From NCBI GenBank assembly GCA_051294375.1, contig CM119265.1:18225567-18289566 (forward strand): a stretch of 64,000 bases of DNA, given 5' to 3'. This document shows positions 27,620-41,258 of this stretch, piece by piece. This DNA is from Paraspadella gotoi (taxonomy: Eukaryota > Animalia > Chaetognatha). Numbering within the stretch: the first letter of the stretch is position 1; every line of letters starts with the position of its first letter. The notes under the pieces were generated by a model. It was not told the origin of the DNA. It saw only the letters and a list, made by a program, of their open reading frames with translations, and searched no databases. The position numbers and the translations under genes were made by a program.

Positions 27620-29960
27620 TTAGTCTTCATCGTTGTGACCAATCGCTGCTCTCGTCGCCGTCGTCTCGTTTCATCACCACTTTTCCGCAAATTCGAAGAG
27701 CGCTTCTTGAATGATCCTCCCAGGAGTTCGGAGGCGGGTCGTGATGGACTTCACGCTGGAAATTACATAAAATTACATCGAATTAAACTTACCATCGTAA
27801 TTATGTTAGTAGTTCTTTGTTTTACTTTCGTTTCTAACCACTCACGATGATCTTTTTCAAAGCGTTCACCCCCGGAATGCATCAATGAGATGAGCCGTGG
27901 CGTCTGACCGGATGCCTTGTGCGCTTGTGTTTCGGCGTCCGCTTTCCGAAGTTTACGCCGCGAGAGCGCTGCCGCTGACAAAGAGAGAAAACAGAATGCA
28001 GAGATTTGCGTGACAAGGAATTACAATAAAAGATCACCGCTTACAACTAAACCAAGTCAGAAGGCGGAACCCGTCTTCCGTTTTGTCTCTTGAGTCGTTG
28101 CTGTGAATCTTCACTTCCTGTCTCGAATCGATCCGACTATCGTTGCGCGTCCCGTTTCTCTCCTCTTCATTTACGCGTCCGCGTTTGTTTCCGAATCTTC
28201 CGTTGATCGACCGAGGCTGACATCTGACACGTTGAATCTGTAAATCGAAACACGGCACGATTCCATATTGGCGAGGGAGGCGGTCGAGTGCGGGCGCCGA
28301 GCGGCCTCTGGGAGGTGTGGCCGTCGCGGGCGGCTGGCGGTCGGGGGTCTTGGAATAGATAAAACGTTTCGACATTATTAGAAATAATTAAAAACTCTTT
28401 AAAACTCAAAAAAAGGGCAACTTACGATTCTTAATTTAAATCACTCGTCTGACTGCTTTGCTACTACCTACTTCCGTGTTTCAGTGTATTTTAATATGAT
28501 TAATATAATCATAATTAAATATTAATTATTCATATCATTTCATAGGAAACGTAACTATTATTGTGACGGAAGTGTCCTCTTGAGGTCTTCCTCCACGCGC
28601 GCGTCGCCCTCGTCTCTTCTCTTCTTACTGACCTCGCTGACTTTCTTCGACGATTGCTGCTTTTTTCACCGAGGATCGCTTGCGTGGGCTAGTGAGGGGT
28701 TAATGTAATTGTGAGGGTAAGTTACATTATACGTTTTGAGCTACTCACGTACTGAAATAATCTTGGTTTTTTTTTGCTTCTCGTATACCAAGGTTACTTC
28801 AATCAGACCTTTGAAATTCGCAGTTTCGTAGGAAATATCTTGTATTCGCGCGGTTTAGGTCCTCTGCGCTGCGGTCAATTCATAAAAAAAAAAAAAGAAA
28901 CTAAAACTATGAGTGCATATTATCACCAGGAAATATTTCCTCATAGTTTCCGTCCAGCCCCAGATTGGGAGATTAGCCTGCGTAAACGGCAACCATTAAT
29001 TAGACAAACATTTGTCACATGGGTTGGCGTCAGAAGTTTGATTTGGGAACCTTTCCAAATGAAACTTCATAACATTTTTGAGAAAGCTTCTCAATGACCA
29101 AAATTTCTAAATTTGCTTAGAAGCATTAGATAATTATTTTAAATTTATTTATAGATGAAATGTCAAAATTTTTTTAATTTGTATTTAAAACGCAGATTCG
29201 ATAGCTATATAAAAAGTTGTCTACACAAAGTATATTCTTTATTCAAATATTTGATGATAAGTGGGTCAAATTAGGAAAAACTTAAAAATCATCATCATCA
29301 TCATCTGATGATTTAACTATTTTTTACCTATTATTATAATAAAACATCAAATTTTAAAAAAGTGTAATTATATTTTTTGCGTAATAACTTTTTAAGCTCT
29401 ATCGATCAATTAAAAAAAACTAAATATAAAAAAAAATTTTGACATTATAATAGCAATATAATAATATTAATTAGGAATTACTTCATTGGTTCGGAACATT
29501 TTTGCAAAAAAATATTTTTAATTTACAACAAATATATATAGCATATATGGATTAGTTTAATATGTTCCATAAATTGAATTGAATTTGAATTACCGCTACC
29601 ATAATTATTGATTTTTTTTATATTGTGTTTTATGAGATAGTTCAGTTTGTTCTAAATTTATTTACCTAAAGTTTTGTGCTCCACGATGGATGTCTGTCGA
29701 TCCTTTCCTTTTTTCTTCGTCGTTGCCTTCTTAAGTTTTTTTCGCTTCTATTCTTCTCCTGGTTCAGCCTTTGTTTCGCCAACTTTTAAAAACAAAATTT
29801 TACTTAAAATACATCCTTTAAATTTACGTCAAAATTCAGTTCCCATTTTTTATTAATTTACCTTCTCCTCTTTTTCAATCTTCGCCTTGTTAACGCAACA
29901 AGCTGATCGCCGACGGGAAGAATGTCATGTTTACGTTTTTGGCTGAGATTGAACGTAAAC
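27620..29960 (-). CDS. WASP-like nucleation-promoting factor (minus-strand copy, frameshifted by apparent read errors)
   Basis: Reverse complement of the 33000-35305 exons. Stop at 27620-27622; CRIB-exon donor at 29665. Confidence 0.55.
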
Positions 29961-30876
29961 AATATAAACAAACAATCTGCTTACGGGTTTTAATCAATAA
30001 TATCGATTAAACCTAACTCCACCTCCGACGAACAAAATGTCTGTTCCGAGTAATAATAAAAAAATATATATTTCTTACCTTGCTTATTCGAAATATATTT
30101 ACTGTGGTTGTCTGAAAGGAACTTTCCGGCTTAAATAGCCAATTAAATGTCGTCTAATTGTGGTACCAGCATCGTCGTCGTCTTGAGAAGGGTGGGAGCT
30201 CCGACTCGATTGCTTGACATACTCTCTGATATTTGGTATTTACTCTTTTATTCTTTCGAGAAAAAAAAATAAGTAAAGTTTCAAATTTAGATAATGATTC
30301 GTGTCGATACTTGCGCGTCAGTTAATTTCTTTCAAGTCTTTGAGAAAAATTATTTCACCACTAGATCATTCAAGCAAAAACCGATCTCTTTTGATGATTA
30401 TCCCTAAAAGGAAGGCCCTCTATTATGAGGAGGAATACAGATTGCCAAATTTTTTTGTTCTGTCTGATATCGAAAGTTTAGTATTTAAGATTAGTATTGT
30501 CAGATTATGGTTTGGTTCTCTTGACTAAATTTATTTTAGAATTTCCGGTCTTTACCCCTTACTTCGTTTAAATGAAAGAAAATGATGACCTTACACGAAT
30601 TAATGGTCTAACTGGTTAACAGACGAATTAAAAATTGCTTCTAGTAACAAAGTAAATACTAATTAAAGAACAATAGTTAAAAGATAACGAATTAGCTAAG
30701 CCTAAGGGTATATCTTAAAAAAAGGCAAACTAGAAACAAACTAAACATCATACACAAAAAAAACTTTTTGCCTACAATTTTTTTCGTCGCCATAGATTCC
30801 ATGACAGAAATTTTTTTTCTCTCTTGTATTCCAAGGCTCTATCACGAATCATTGGGGAATAATTTTTATCTCTCTC

Positions 30877-30919
<43 letters not shown>

Positions 30920-31253
30920 CTCTCTCTTCTCCTCTCTCTCTTCTCTGTATCTGAATGTAGAGAATGTTTATACATTCAATCCATTAATCATTATCTTCTC
31001 ATTCTTCTCTCTTTGTTCTGTTATTAATTATATATCCTGTATATTTACTATCCAATCCCCTAAAACTTTAAACATCCAGAATATTCTATGCACAATAATC
31101 CTAAACACGAATTCTACGGCCTCTCCTCGAAACCACCGCGCATTTTGAGGCAGAACCTTTGTTTGCGCTCTCAGTTCCTCAATCCTCTCGCTGCGTCGGT
31201 TCATCTCCCAACTTCCGGACTTGTTCTCTGCGATGAAACTCTCTCACTTGACC

Positions 31254-31353
<100 letters not shown>

Positions 31354-32023
31354 TAAAGCGTAGCAAAAATAGTAGTAGAATCAAAATTCGAATAGTAGAT
31401 CATGAAACTTTTGATATAAAAAAACTTATTTTTTATTTTTCGCATTAGCCCACATTTATACATAGTACTCACCATAGAAAATGTCAAAATTTTAAAATGT
31501 TTGTTCTTATTTTTGAAGGCAGATTCGAATCCTCACGATAAAGTTGGTAAAGGAAATATAACTCTTAAAAAAATTAAGTCATTAAGTGTGTCAAAATCAA
31601 AAGAAACTTTTATAGTTAACCTATATAAAATTTTAGTATAAAAAAATATTTTCTTTAATTTTTTAGCTGACTTAATGAAAGAAGGCTTATATTTTCTTTT
31701 ATCGACTTTTTATGAGAGAATTCGAATCTGCTTTCAAAACTTGTGAGAAATTGAAAAAAAAAATTTATATATCAATTTTCTTTAGTAGCATATAGGGGAC
31801 TAATTTGTACTATTGTGCAACTTTCACTTCGCCTTACTCTCTATTCCTCCTCTCTGTCCCTCACTTCCAAAATCCGAAAATAAAACACGATGGAACTTCG
31901 TCTTCGTCTTTCTCGGGTCGTTGGCTTCTTTAAGCGAAAGGAAGTTAAAAAAAAAAACTACATCCTGAATTTTTTCAGTCGCGAGAACGCTGCTTTGCNN
32001 NNNNNNNNNNNNNNNNNNNNNNN

Positions 32024-32058
<35 letters not shown>

Positions 32059-32999
32059 GAAATTATTCATGAATTCGTGATAGAGGCTTGGAATAACAGA
32101 GAGAAAAAAAATTTCTGTCAAATGGAAATCTATGGGACGAAAAAAATTGTAAGGCAAAAGTTTTTTTTGGTTTGATGTTTAGTTTGTTTCTAGTTGCCTT
32201 TTTTTAAGATAATTACCCTTAGGCTTAGCTAATTCGTTATCTTTAACTATTGTTCTTTAATTAGGTATTTACTTTGTTTACATTAGTAGCAATTTTTAAT
32301 TTCGTCTTGTTAACCAGTTAGACCATTAAGTTCGTGTCAAGCTCATCAGTTTTCTCAGTTTAAACGAAGTAAAGGGGAAAGCCGGAAAATTCTAAAAATA
32401 AATTTAGTAGAGAAACCAAACATATCTGACAAATACTAATACTAATACTAACTTTCGATATCAGAACAGAACAAAAAATTTGAGCAATGTTATTCTCTTC
32501 TCATAAATAGAGGGCCTTTCCTTTTAGGGAATAATCATCAAAAGAGCATCGGTTTCTTGCTTGAAATGTATTAGTGGTGAATAACTTTTTCTAAAGACTT
32601 GAAAGAAATTAACTACGCAAGTATCGACAACGAATCATTATCTAAATTTGAAACTTTACTTAATTTTTTTTTCTCAAAGAATAAAAAGAGATAAATGACC
32701 AGATATCAGAGATATGTCAGCATCGAGTGCGAGCTCCACCCTTCTCAGAGCGACGACCGAATGGCGGGTACCACAAGACCGAACTTAACTTGGCTAATTA
32801 AGCCGAAGTTCCTTTCAGGACAACCACAGTAAAATTATTTTCAAAAATGCAAGGTAAGAAATATTTTTTTTAATTATTACTGGAACGACATTTTTTGTCG
32901 GAGGTGGAGTTAGGTTAATCGATATTATTTGATTAAAAACGTAGCGATTGTTTTGTTTATATTTGTTTACGTTTCCATCTCAAGCCAAAAACACGATAC

Positions 33000-35305
33000 A
33001 CATGACATCTCCGTCTCGGCCGATCGCTGTTGGCAGTTCAACAAGGCGAAGATTGAAAAAGAGGAGAAGGTAAATTATAAAAAAATATGGGAACTGAATT
33101 TTGACGTAAATTTAAATGTATTTTAAGTAAAATTTGTTTTTAAAAGTGGCGAAACAAAGGCTGAAACAGGAGAAGAAAGAAGCGAAAAAACTTAGAAAGG
33201 AAACGAAGAAGAAAAAAGGAAAAGGAATCGACAAGACATCCATCGGTGGACCACAAAAACTTTAGGTAAATAAATTTAGAACAAAGACTGAACCTATCTC
33301 ATAAAACAAAAAAAATTATTCCGATAATTATGGTAGCGGTAATTCAAATTCAAATTTTTAATGGGACAGTATTAAACTAATCCATTATTGCTATTAATTA
33401 TTGTATTAAAATATTTTTTGCCAAAATGTTCGAACCATGAGTAATTCGCTAATTAATATTATTATATTGCTATATAATGTCAAAATTTTTTTTATAATAT
33501 TTTAAGTTTTTAAATTGATTCTGGATAGAGCTTAAAAAGTTAAGCAAAATATAATTACAACTTTTTAAAATTTTGATGTTTTATTAGTATTAATTAGTAA
33601 AAACTGTTAAAATCATCAGATGATGATGATGATGATTTTTTAAGGTTTTTCCTAATTTTGACCCACTTATCATCAAAATTTTGAAAAAAGAATTATACTT
33701 TGTGTAGACAACTTTTTATAAGCTATCGAAATCTGCTTTTAAAAATACAACATTTAAAAAAAATTTTGACATTTCCTATCTATAAATAAATATTAAAAAA
33801 TTAATTACTAATGCTTCTAGCCAATTTAGAAAATTTTGGTCCATTGAAAGTTTTCTCAGAAATGTATGAAGTTTCATTTGGAAAGGTTCCCAAATCAAAC
33901 TTCTGACCCACCCCATTGACAAATTTTGGCTCTAATTATGGTTGCCGTTTTACGCAGGCTAATCTCCCACTCTGGGCTGGACGGAAACTATGAGGTAAAT
34001 TATTTTCCTGGTGATAAATATGCACTCATATTTACAGTCTTTTAGTTTGTTTTTTTTATGAATTGCCGCAGGCAGAGGACCTACCGCGCGAATACAAGAT
34101 ATTCCTACGAAACTGCGGAATTTCAAAGTCTGATTGGAAGGTACTACCGTTTATAGCGAGAGCAAAAAAAACCAAGATTATTTCATCGTTACCAAAATTA
34201 TGTAACTTACCCTACATACATTAACCTCACCTACCCCTACGAAGGATCCCGAAAAAAAGCAGCAAATCGTCGAGAAAGTCAACGAGGTCCTCAGAGAAGA
34301 GAGAGAGACGAAGGGCGACGCGGCGGTGGAGGAAGACCTCAAGAGGATCACTTCCGTCACAAATAGGTTACGTTTCCTATGAAATAATATGAATAATTAA
34401 TATTTAATATGATTACTATTAATCATATTAAATACACTGAAACACGGAAAGTAGTAGTAGCAAAAGCAGTTCAGCGAGGATTTAATTAAGATCGTAGTTG
34501 CCCTTGTTTTTGAGTTTTAAAGAAGTTTTTAATTATTTCTTAATAATGTCGAAACGTCTTTATCTATTCCAAGACCCCGACCGGCTCAGCCGCCCGCGAC
34601 GCCACCCCCTACCCGCGCTCGGCCGCCCGCCACTCCGCCTCCCTCGCCAATATCGCGATCGTCTCGTGTTTCGATTTCGGATTCAACGTCAGATGTCAGC
34701 CTCGGTCGATCAACGGAAGATTCGGAAACAAAAGGCGGACGCGTAAATGAAGATGGAGAGAACGGGGACGCGGCAACGGATAGTCGGATCGATTCGACGA
34801 CGAGTGAAGATTCACAGCAAACGACTCAAGAGACAAAAACGGAAGACGTTCCCGCTTCTGACTTTGGTTAGTTGTAAGCGGTGATCTTTTATTGTAATTC
34901 CCTTTCACCAATCTCTCATTCTGTTTTCTCTCTTTGTCAGCGGCGGCGCTCTCCGGCGTCAAACTTCGGAAAGCGGCGCCGAAACCACAAGCGGCACAGG
35001 CATCCGGTCGAGACGCCACGCTCGATCTCATTCGATTGCATCCGGGGGTGAACGCTTTGAAAAAAGTTCAATCGTGAGTGTTTATGAAACGAAGTAAACA
35101 AGAACTACTAAATTATTACGAATGGTAAGTTTTAATTCTATGTAATTTCTATGTAATTTCCAGCGTGGAAGTCAATCACGAGCCGCCCTCCGCCAACTCG
35201 CTGGAGGATTCATTCAAGAAGGCGCTCTTCGAATTTCGCGGAAAAGTGGGCGATGAACGAGACGACGGCGACGAGAGCAGCGATTGGTCCACAGATGAAG
35301 ACTAA
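33000..35305 (+). CDS. Divergent WASP-family protein (basic region, CRIB/GBD, WH2, central, acidic); 5' end not determined
   Basis: Exon ~33147-33265 KQEKKEAKKLRKETKKKKGKGIDKTSIGGPQNF(R) (needs one indel fix). Exon 33958-33994 LISHSGLDGNYE. Exon 34072-34140 AEDLPREYKIFLRNCGISKSDWK. ~34245-34365 DPEKKQQIVEKVNEVL. ~34941-35070 AALSGVKLRK..GRDATLDLIRLHPGVNALKKV. 35164-35305 SLEDSFKKALFEFRGKVGDERDDGDESSDWSTDED*. Short GT-AG introns. Confidence 0.7.
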
Positions 35306-36473
35306 AGTGTTCTGATTGGCTAATTAAGCGAGCGCGTCATTAAGAAAATCAACAATATTCGCCGAAAAAATTGACAAAAATTATTTTATAAATATTTTGA
35401 ACAATCGGGGAATTTTTTTTTTTTCCTTTTTGCCCTCGGCGAATCTGATCGACGGAAAGGAGAAGAACCCTAAAAGTTGCTTTGCGAACTGGAAGAAAAT
35501 TGTTTTTTCAGGAAATAAAACTACTGTAAATTCAATATCATAGTCATAGGATAGGGTTCTTTTTGTAATTTTTGGAGGACTACTATCAATTTTTTTTATT
35601 TTAAGCTTAGTCTGTTTTTTCTTTATAAAACGATGATTTAAAAAAATATAAAATACTAAATATAAAAAATCAATGCACAAACAAAATGATTCAAAGCGAG
35701 AATGAACGAATGAAGTACAAATATATTAAAATTTAATAGGAAATTTCAAAAATAACTTTGAACAAAAAAATTTCGCGAACTTTAATAGTTAATTAAATTG
35801 AATTAAATTAAATTAAAATCATTAATATTTAGGTTTTTCTTATTATCTCACAATTTTTTTTAACTCTGCCAATGAGAAAGAAAAACAAGTGTAACCGAGA
35901 AGGTGGATCTGATTGCGACGGGGAAGAATGGAGGAAATAAAAAGAAAAGTAGAGGAGAGGAAAGAGGAAAGGGAGGCTTGGATTGTTCTGTTCTTTAGTG
36001 AACTTCAATGGAGATATCTTTTATTTTTTTCAATTTTTTTTTTTAATTTTGATTGAAAATTGAAAACAAGAATAATGGAACAGAATATTTAATGTAATCT
36101 TGGATTAAAAATGAATCAACAAAACTTGAATATTTACAAACAATACAACTGAAGCAAAAATATCATTTTACACGGTCAAGTTTATGAGGTAAAAAAGAAA
36201 CAGTAAAGGGGACAAATTTACAAATAATGCGACATTAATTAATTAAAAAAAAGTTATTTTCTGCATGGAATAGTCACATTGGATACGTATTAAATAATAC
36301 GTTTAAACAGCCTTATAAATTTAATTCGTTTGAATTTGTGGGCACAATGACTAACCTTATTTTTTCAAGTAAATCTAAAAATGAAAATAATAAATTAGTG
36401 AGGCAACAGTCTAAGACATTAAAAGGATCTGAGAGATAGAGGGAGAAAAAAAAAAGGAGAGAGAGTAGAGAGA

Positions 36474-36543
<70 letters not shown>

Positions 36544-37640
36544 ATCAATTAAGCAAAACTTTTTTTTTTTGATGACGAATTCCGAAGAGACACAGGAATT
36601 CTCCACGACATCGCCCGACATAATATTTTCTAATCAGCTTAAAAGAAGAGAATATCACACTCTTCCCTTTCAAAGAAAAACATTAAAAAAAAAAACAGCG
36701 TCCCTGATATAATTTTAATCCTGTCTTCTTTTTTTTTTTAAGAAGAAAAAGTTTTCGTAAACATTTCGTTGACGCTTTCGAAAAAAGCGGGGGGATAATG
36801 GGGCGGAGGTGAAATATCCAATTTACATTTTCGAACATAAGCCGACCCCGAGAGAATTTAATACGGTTATGCCGAAAATAAAGATGGAAAACGTTTTTAT
36901 TGGTTAAAAACTAGAAAAAGGAGGAAGCGCTTCATTCATTCATTTACGTTTCATGTTGCTTAAAAAAGATACGAAACTTTATAAAACAAAAAGGGGTCAA
37001 ACGAAATGCGGGAATCGGAAAATTAACTGTTACTTTTGAATGTGCAAATTATACATTATGACGATGAAAATAATTATGATTAAAAAGGTTGGATTTTGTC
37101 GTCGCGAGAGACTGAAAAGAGAACGTGAAGACTGAAGAGGGCGTATGAAATTTGAAAAAAACAAATGACTTGAGGTTGCACGTGGTTCAATGCCGTGAAC
37201 ATAAGACCATCGGGACTGGAAACGATCGCTACTCAGCAAAATGTATTAATATTAATAATTAATTGCCGAAACTACGCATAACAAATTAAGAAATACGAGC
37301 AGTTTTTATAGTTAAAACAGAAAATTTCGTTTTAGTTTCGTTATTGGTTAACGTGATAGTCACCTTGGTAAATTTTTAGATCAAATTTTTTTCTAATTTT
37401 TTTTTTTCGGGCCTACGAGGGCAATTTTTTTTGTTTTGTAATAGGTAAACATCCAAAAAGCAATATCAATAAACCGAATGTATCATGCGTAAGACTTAAT
37501 ACATATTGAAAATAAATTTATTGTTCTGTTTTGTTTTTGTTTTTATTTAATTGTGGTTTTTTTTTACTCGCTCTTTGTCAAGTGTGTTAATCAAACGAAA
37601 TAGCGAGCCATGTCTCATGTCTTTTGTTGGTTTTTGTCTT

Positions 37641-38039
37641 CTAATTTCTCCTCCGCTCGTCGCGCGCCTGCTGTCGTTGCCGTCGCTGCTGCATCCGCTG
37701 CCGCTGCTGGTAGTAATAATAAGCCGCCGCAGCTTTTGAGTTTTGTCCGAAGGAGTGAGGAACAATGAGTGGCGCCACATTCGCCGAAGACGACGACGAA
37801 GACGCCGCTGACGCCGATGACGCCGATTCGCCTCGCCGTGGCGTCGCGGCAGCGTAGGACGAGTCGCCCTGCATCTGCATGAGGGCGTCGTACTTGAGGG
37901 CACTCGACGATGACGACGACGACGGCGCCGACGACATGCACGTGAAGCAGCCGCACTTTCGAACGACGGTGATCTCCTTCTGATAGTAGTCACCGTTTTT
38001 GCAGAACATCCGGACTTTACGATTCTTCGTTTTCTTCAC
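37641..38039 (-). CDS. slit: slit terminal exon: end of the cystine knot plus a long low-complexity tail
   Basis: tttcag|VKKTKNRKVRMFCKNGDYYQKEITVVRKCGC..., stop at 37641. AATAAA on the minus strand near 37517-37522. Confidence 0.85.
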   Translation of the reverse strand: MKKTKNRKVRMFCKNGDYYQKEITVVRKCGCFTCMSSAPSSSSSSSALKYDALMQMQGDSSYAAATPRRGESASSASAASSSSSSANVAPLIVPHSFGQNSKAAAAYYYYQQRQRMQQRRQRQQARDERRRN

Positions 38040-38174
38040 CTGAAAAAAATATTTTAAAATAAATAAAAAGTAAAAAAAACTTGAAAATTTAACATATAAC
38101 TAAGCAAAGCATTCACAAAAAAAATTGTTTTAAAAATAATAAATAACGATCATTTCAAAACATGTCTTTCTCAC

Positions 38175-38777
38175 CTGACAACAGTAGCTTTTGTTTTTGT
38201 TTTGCTCCTCCTCCTCCCTGCCCTTTCTCCGCTTGGAGGCGCTGCACGTTCCCTCGCAGATGACGTGCTTCACTTTTGACTTGGAGGTGCAGTCTCCCTC
38301 CTTATAGTGCTCTCGACGAGCGATTCCGCGACACGGAGAGGCGCGGCCCCTGGACCCCGGTCGCGACTTTCTCGGCGTCGACGAGGACGACGACGAAGAC
38401 GCCGGCCGAGCGCCGAAATCGGGCGCGGCGTCGGCGGGCGGCGCTTCGGCGGCGGCGACGAAGCGATCGAAGGTGGGGTAGGATTTCCCGCCGTTGCCGA
38501 CGCTGACGCCGACGCCGCCCGACGAGTATTCGCGTTTCACCTCGGCGTCGCAAAGAGCGCCCTTCCATCCGCGGCGACACTCACACTCGTAATAACCAGC
38601 GCCGACGCCGCCGACGTCGCCGCCGGCAGCCACGCATCGGGCTGTCCCCTTGCTGGAGCACATGGAGGCGTCGCATGGGTCGAAGGAAGAGGCGGCGTCG
38701 TAGATGGGACATCCAGGGATGATCTTGTGGCGAGAATTGATTGTGGTGAAGTCAACTTGTCGGTTGTTGATGTGGAC
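38175..38777 (-). CDS. slit: slit exon: end of LamG, EGF7, linker, start of the cystine knot
   Basis: cag|VHINNRQVDF..HKIIPGC..YECECRRGWKGALCD..PCRGIARREHYKEGDCTSKSKVKHVICEGTC..CCQ|gtgag; 603 nt. Confidence 0.9.
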
Positions 38778-38963
38778 CTGTGGATGAAGGTGGGGAGCTC
38801 GTTTTGACTGTGGATGAAGGTGGGGAGCTCGTTTTGACATTCAACCTTCTTTATTCAGATAACATAGTCAGCTATACAGATGAAATAATTAGTTAAACCT
38901 TCCACTATTTAATTTCATCGATTTCCCAATATCATTTTCTATCGACATCATTCAAGGCCTTAC

Positions 38964-39191
38964 CTTTTTCACGCATCCTTGAAAAGATGTGCCGTTTCTG
39001 ACGTGCCACTGCCGCAGGGCGGACCGCATCGCCCGCTCCGGCAGTCCGCCCACGTATAGCGGCGTGGCGACCTCTAGGAATTCCCGTTCGCCCTCGTTGA
39101 CGATCGTGCGGGCGAAACCGTCGTCGATGCGCATGGTGAAGTTTCTTGCCGCTGCCAGCATCTCCACCCGGTGCGGAAGGCCGTCATCCAC
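38964..39191 (-). CDS. slit: slit exon: laminin G domain
   Basis: cag|VDDGLPHRVEMLAAARNFTMRIDDGFARTIVNEGEREFLEVATPLYVGGLP..WHVRNGTSFQGCVKK|gtaag; 228 nt. Confidence 0.92.
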
Positions 39192-39792
39192 CTGGGGTGG
39201 TTGGGTGGTGGGGAAGGTGGAAAGGGGCGAGGGAGTCGTTGTAAGGATCATCCTATTTAGGCTGATTGAGAAACTGGGAATCGAGTTTTCCGAGAAAAAA
39301 AAACTTCATCATCATCAACTCAAGGTATCTGATTTTGAAGGAAAATGAAATTGAAAGAGATAATCTCATTTCCATGATATCTTGTCCAATGTCCAAAAGG
39401 TCCCGGATTTTTTCATTTTCCATTCCGACTTCCCTTTTTTTTCCTATTTTTTTTTTTCTTCCCTGCGCTACACTCCTTTCTACCTTCGATCGACACGCAA
39501 CTGGCTTTTGACGAAACTGACGCAACACGAAAACCGCACACAATTAGCCCTATTTTGCCTAAACTTTTTGACTTAAGACAAAATCAACTCCTAATAAATA
39601 AATGACGATCGTCAAACATCGAAACCGCGCACAACATGTTGGGCAAACATGTTTTTTCGAAGTCAACGGTTCCAAAAGGACGCGGATAACAAAAAATTAT
39701 TTCCTCCTAAATCTCTAGGATATTATCGATTCTTGGTTTTTTCGATTATAAATACTAAGAAATCTGATTCAATACTCGAATCGAAAGTCGTC

Positions 39793-41258
39793 ATGACATT
39801 TTTTCCGCATCGCTGTATTCGTCGTCGTCGCGCGGTCGTCGTCTCTCACTTCATCGACAAAAACAAACCCGACGCCGAAATCCTCTCCGTAACCGAGACA
39901 ACTCCTAACCTCGTGGTCGACGCAACTGAAGCCACATCAGCCTCTCCGACGAACCCTTCCGCCCCCAAAGAACACACCCCACCCTCTCCCCTCAACTGCT
40001 CATTCTCCCCGAACCCCTTCCCCGGAGAATGCGGGCGCCGCTTCTCCTTCCCCTCTCCTCGAATCGTCGGCGGCCAAAACGCGGCGCCAGGCGAGCTTCC
40101 GTGGCAGGCTCGGGTCGGCACTCAGTGCGGCGGCGTCGTCATCGGCCCCTTCCACGTGCTGACGGCGTCGCATTGCGTTCGAATCGGCGTCGGCGTTCCG
40201 GGTGACGTCGTCAGCGCCGGAAACTCAGGCGTTGCCGACGATTGCCCCGCACAGGTTCGCACTATTGTCCGCACATTCACTCACCCTTGCTACTGCGGAG
40301 AGTGGCGCTGCGGCTCCGGCGTCTGGGTCGAGTTTCAGCACGACGTGGCCGTGCTCGTCCTCGACGAGCCTTTCCGCTTCGGCTATCGGGTTCAACCGGC
40401 GTGCCTTCCGACTCTCGGCGTGGAAAACGCCGCCGGAACCGGAACCGTCGTTTCCGGTTTTGGTCTGACGGATTTTGGACGAGTGGCGGACGTACTGCAG
40501 AAGGTGCGAGGTTGTGATGCGTTGTTCTGTGTTGATTGGACTAAAGACCTCTAAATAACCCCACCCCTAAGGCTCAGGTGACGATCTTCGAGCACGATGT
40601 CTGTCGGCAAAAGCTTTCGCCCTACGGTTTCACGAAGGACATGATATGCGCTGGCGTAGCCGGCGGCGGGAGGGACGCCTGCGTCGGCGACTCTGGCGGC
40701 CCGCTTGTGGCGTTTAGCGGCGGCGACGGCGGCGAAACGGTTCTGGAGGCAGAGACGGCGACCCTGGTCGGCCTCGTCAGTTGGGGCATCGGATGCGGCG
40801 ACGCTGAGCGTCCGGGAGTTTACGTCAGAGTTGCCGAGTTTATTGATTGGATCGAAGACATTGTGTCGACGACGACGACAGACGCCACGACGATGCTTCC
40901 CTCCACAATTTATAATCATAGCGTTTGTTCGGAACACTTGATATGGCAAAGTCTTGTAGAGGAGAAGAGAAAAACCATAACAGCAACTGAAAATGTCTCC
41001 GAGACAATGACGACGACAGAAACAGCGACCACGTCGAATCTGCCATCAACGGTGACAACGACGAAGCCAACAACGACCACCTGCTTATTGACGTTTCTTG
41101 GGAGGGAAGGGAAGTCGGCGAAAGAGACGAGAAACTGTTTTCCAATCTCGAGGGAACCAATGCACCTTTGGTTATTTCTAATAGCCGTTCTACGAAGGAT
41201 CTTGTTGCAGATCTGTTATACAGAGTTTGCGACCAAACTGTATGAGCGGTGTTTCTAA
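39793..41258 (+). CDS. Trypsin-like serine protease (S1A), 2 exons, nested antisense in a slit intron
   Basis: R|IVGG activation site, LTASHC (His), HDVAVL (Asp), GRDACVGDSGGP (Asp189, Ser), VSWGIGC, PGVYVRV. Intron 40504-40571 (GT..AG; VLQK|AQVTI). Thr-rich and hydrophobic C-terminus. Start codon uncertain (ATG at 39793 or 39649). Confidence 0.9.

Noticed and set aside
27600-27650. Paired CCAAT boxes as a promoter
   Set aside because: They coincide with the reverse complement of the WASP-like gene's final codons (DW) and its 3' UTR.
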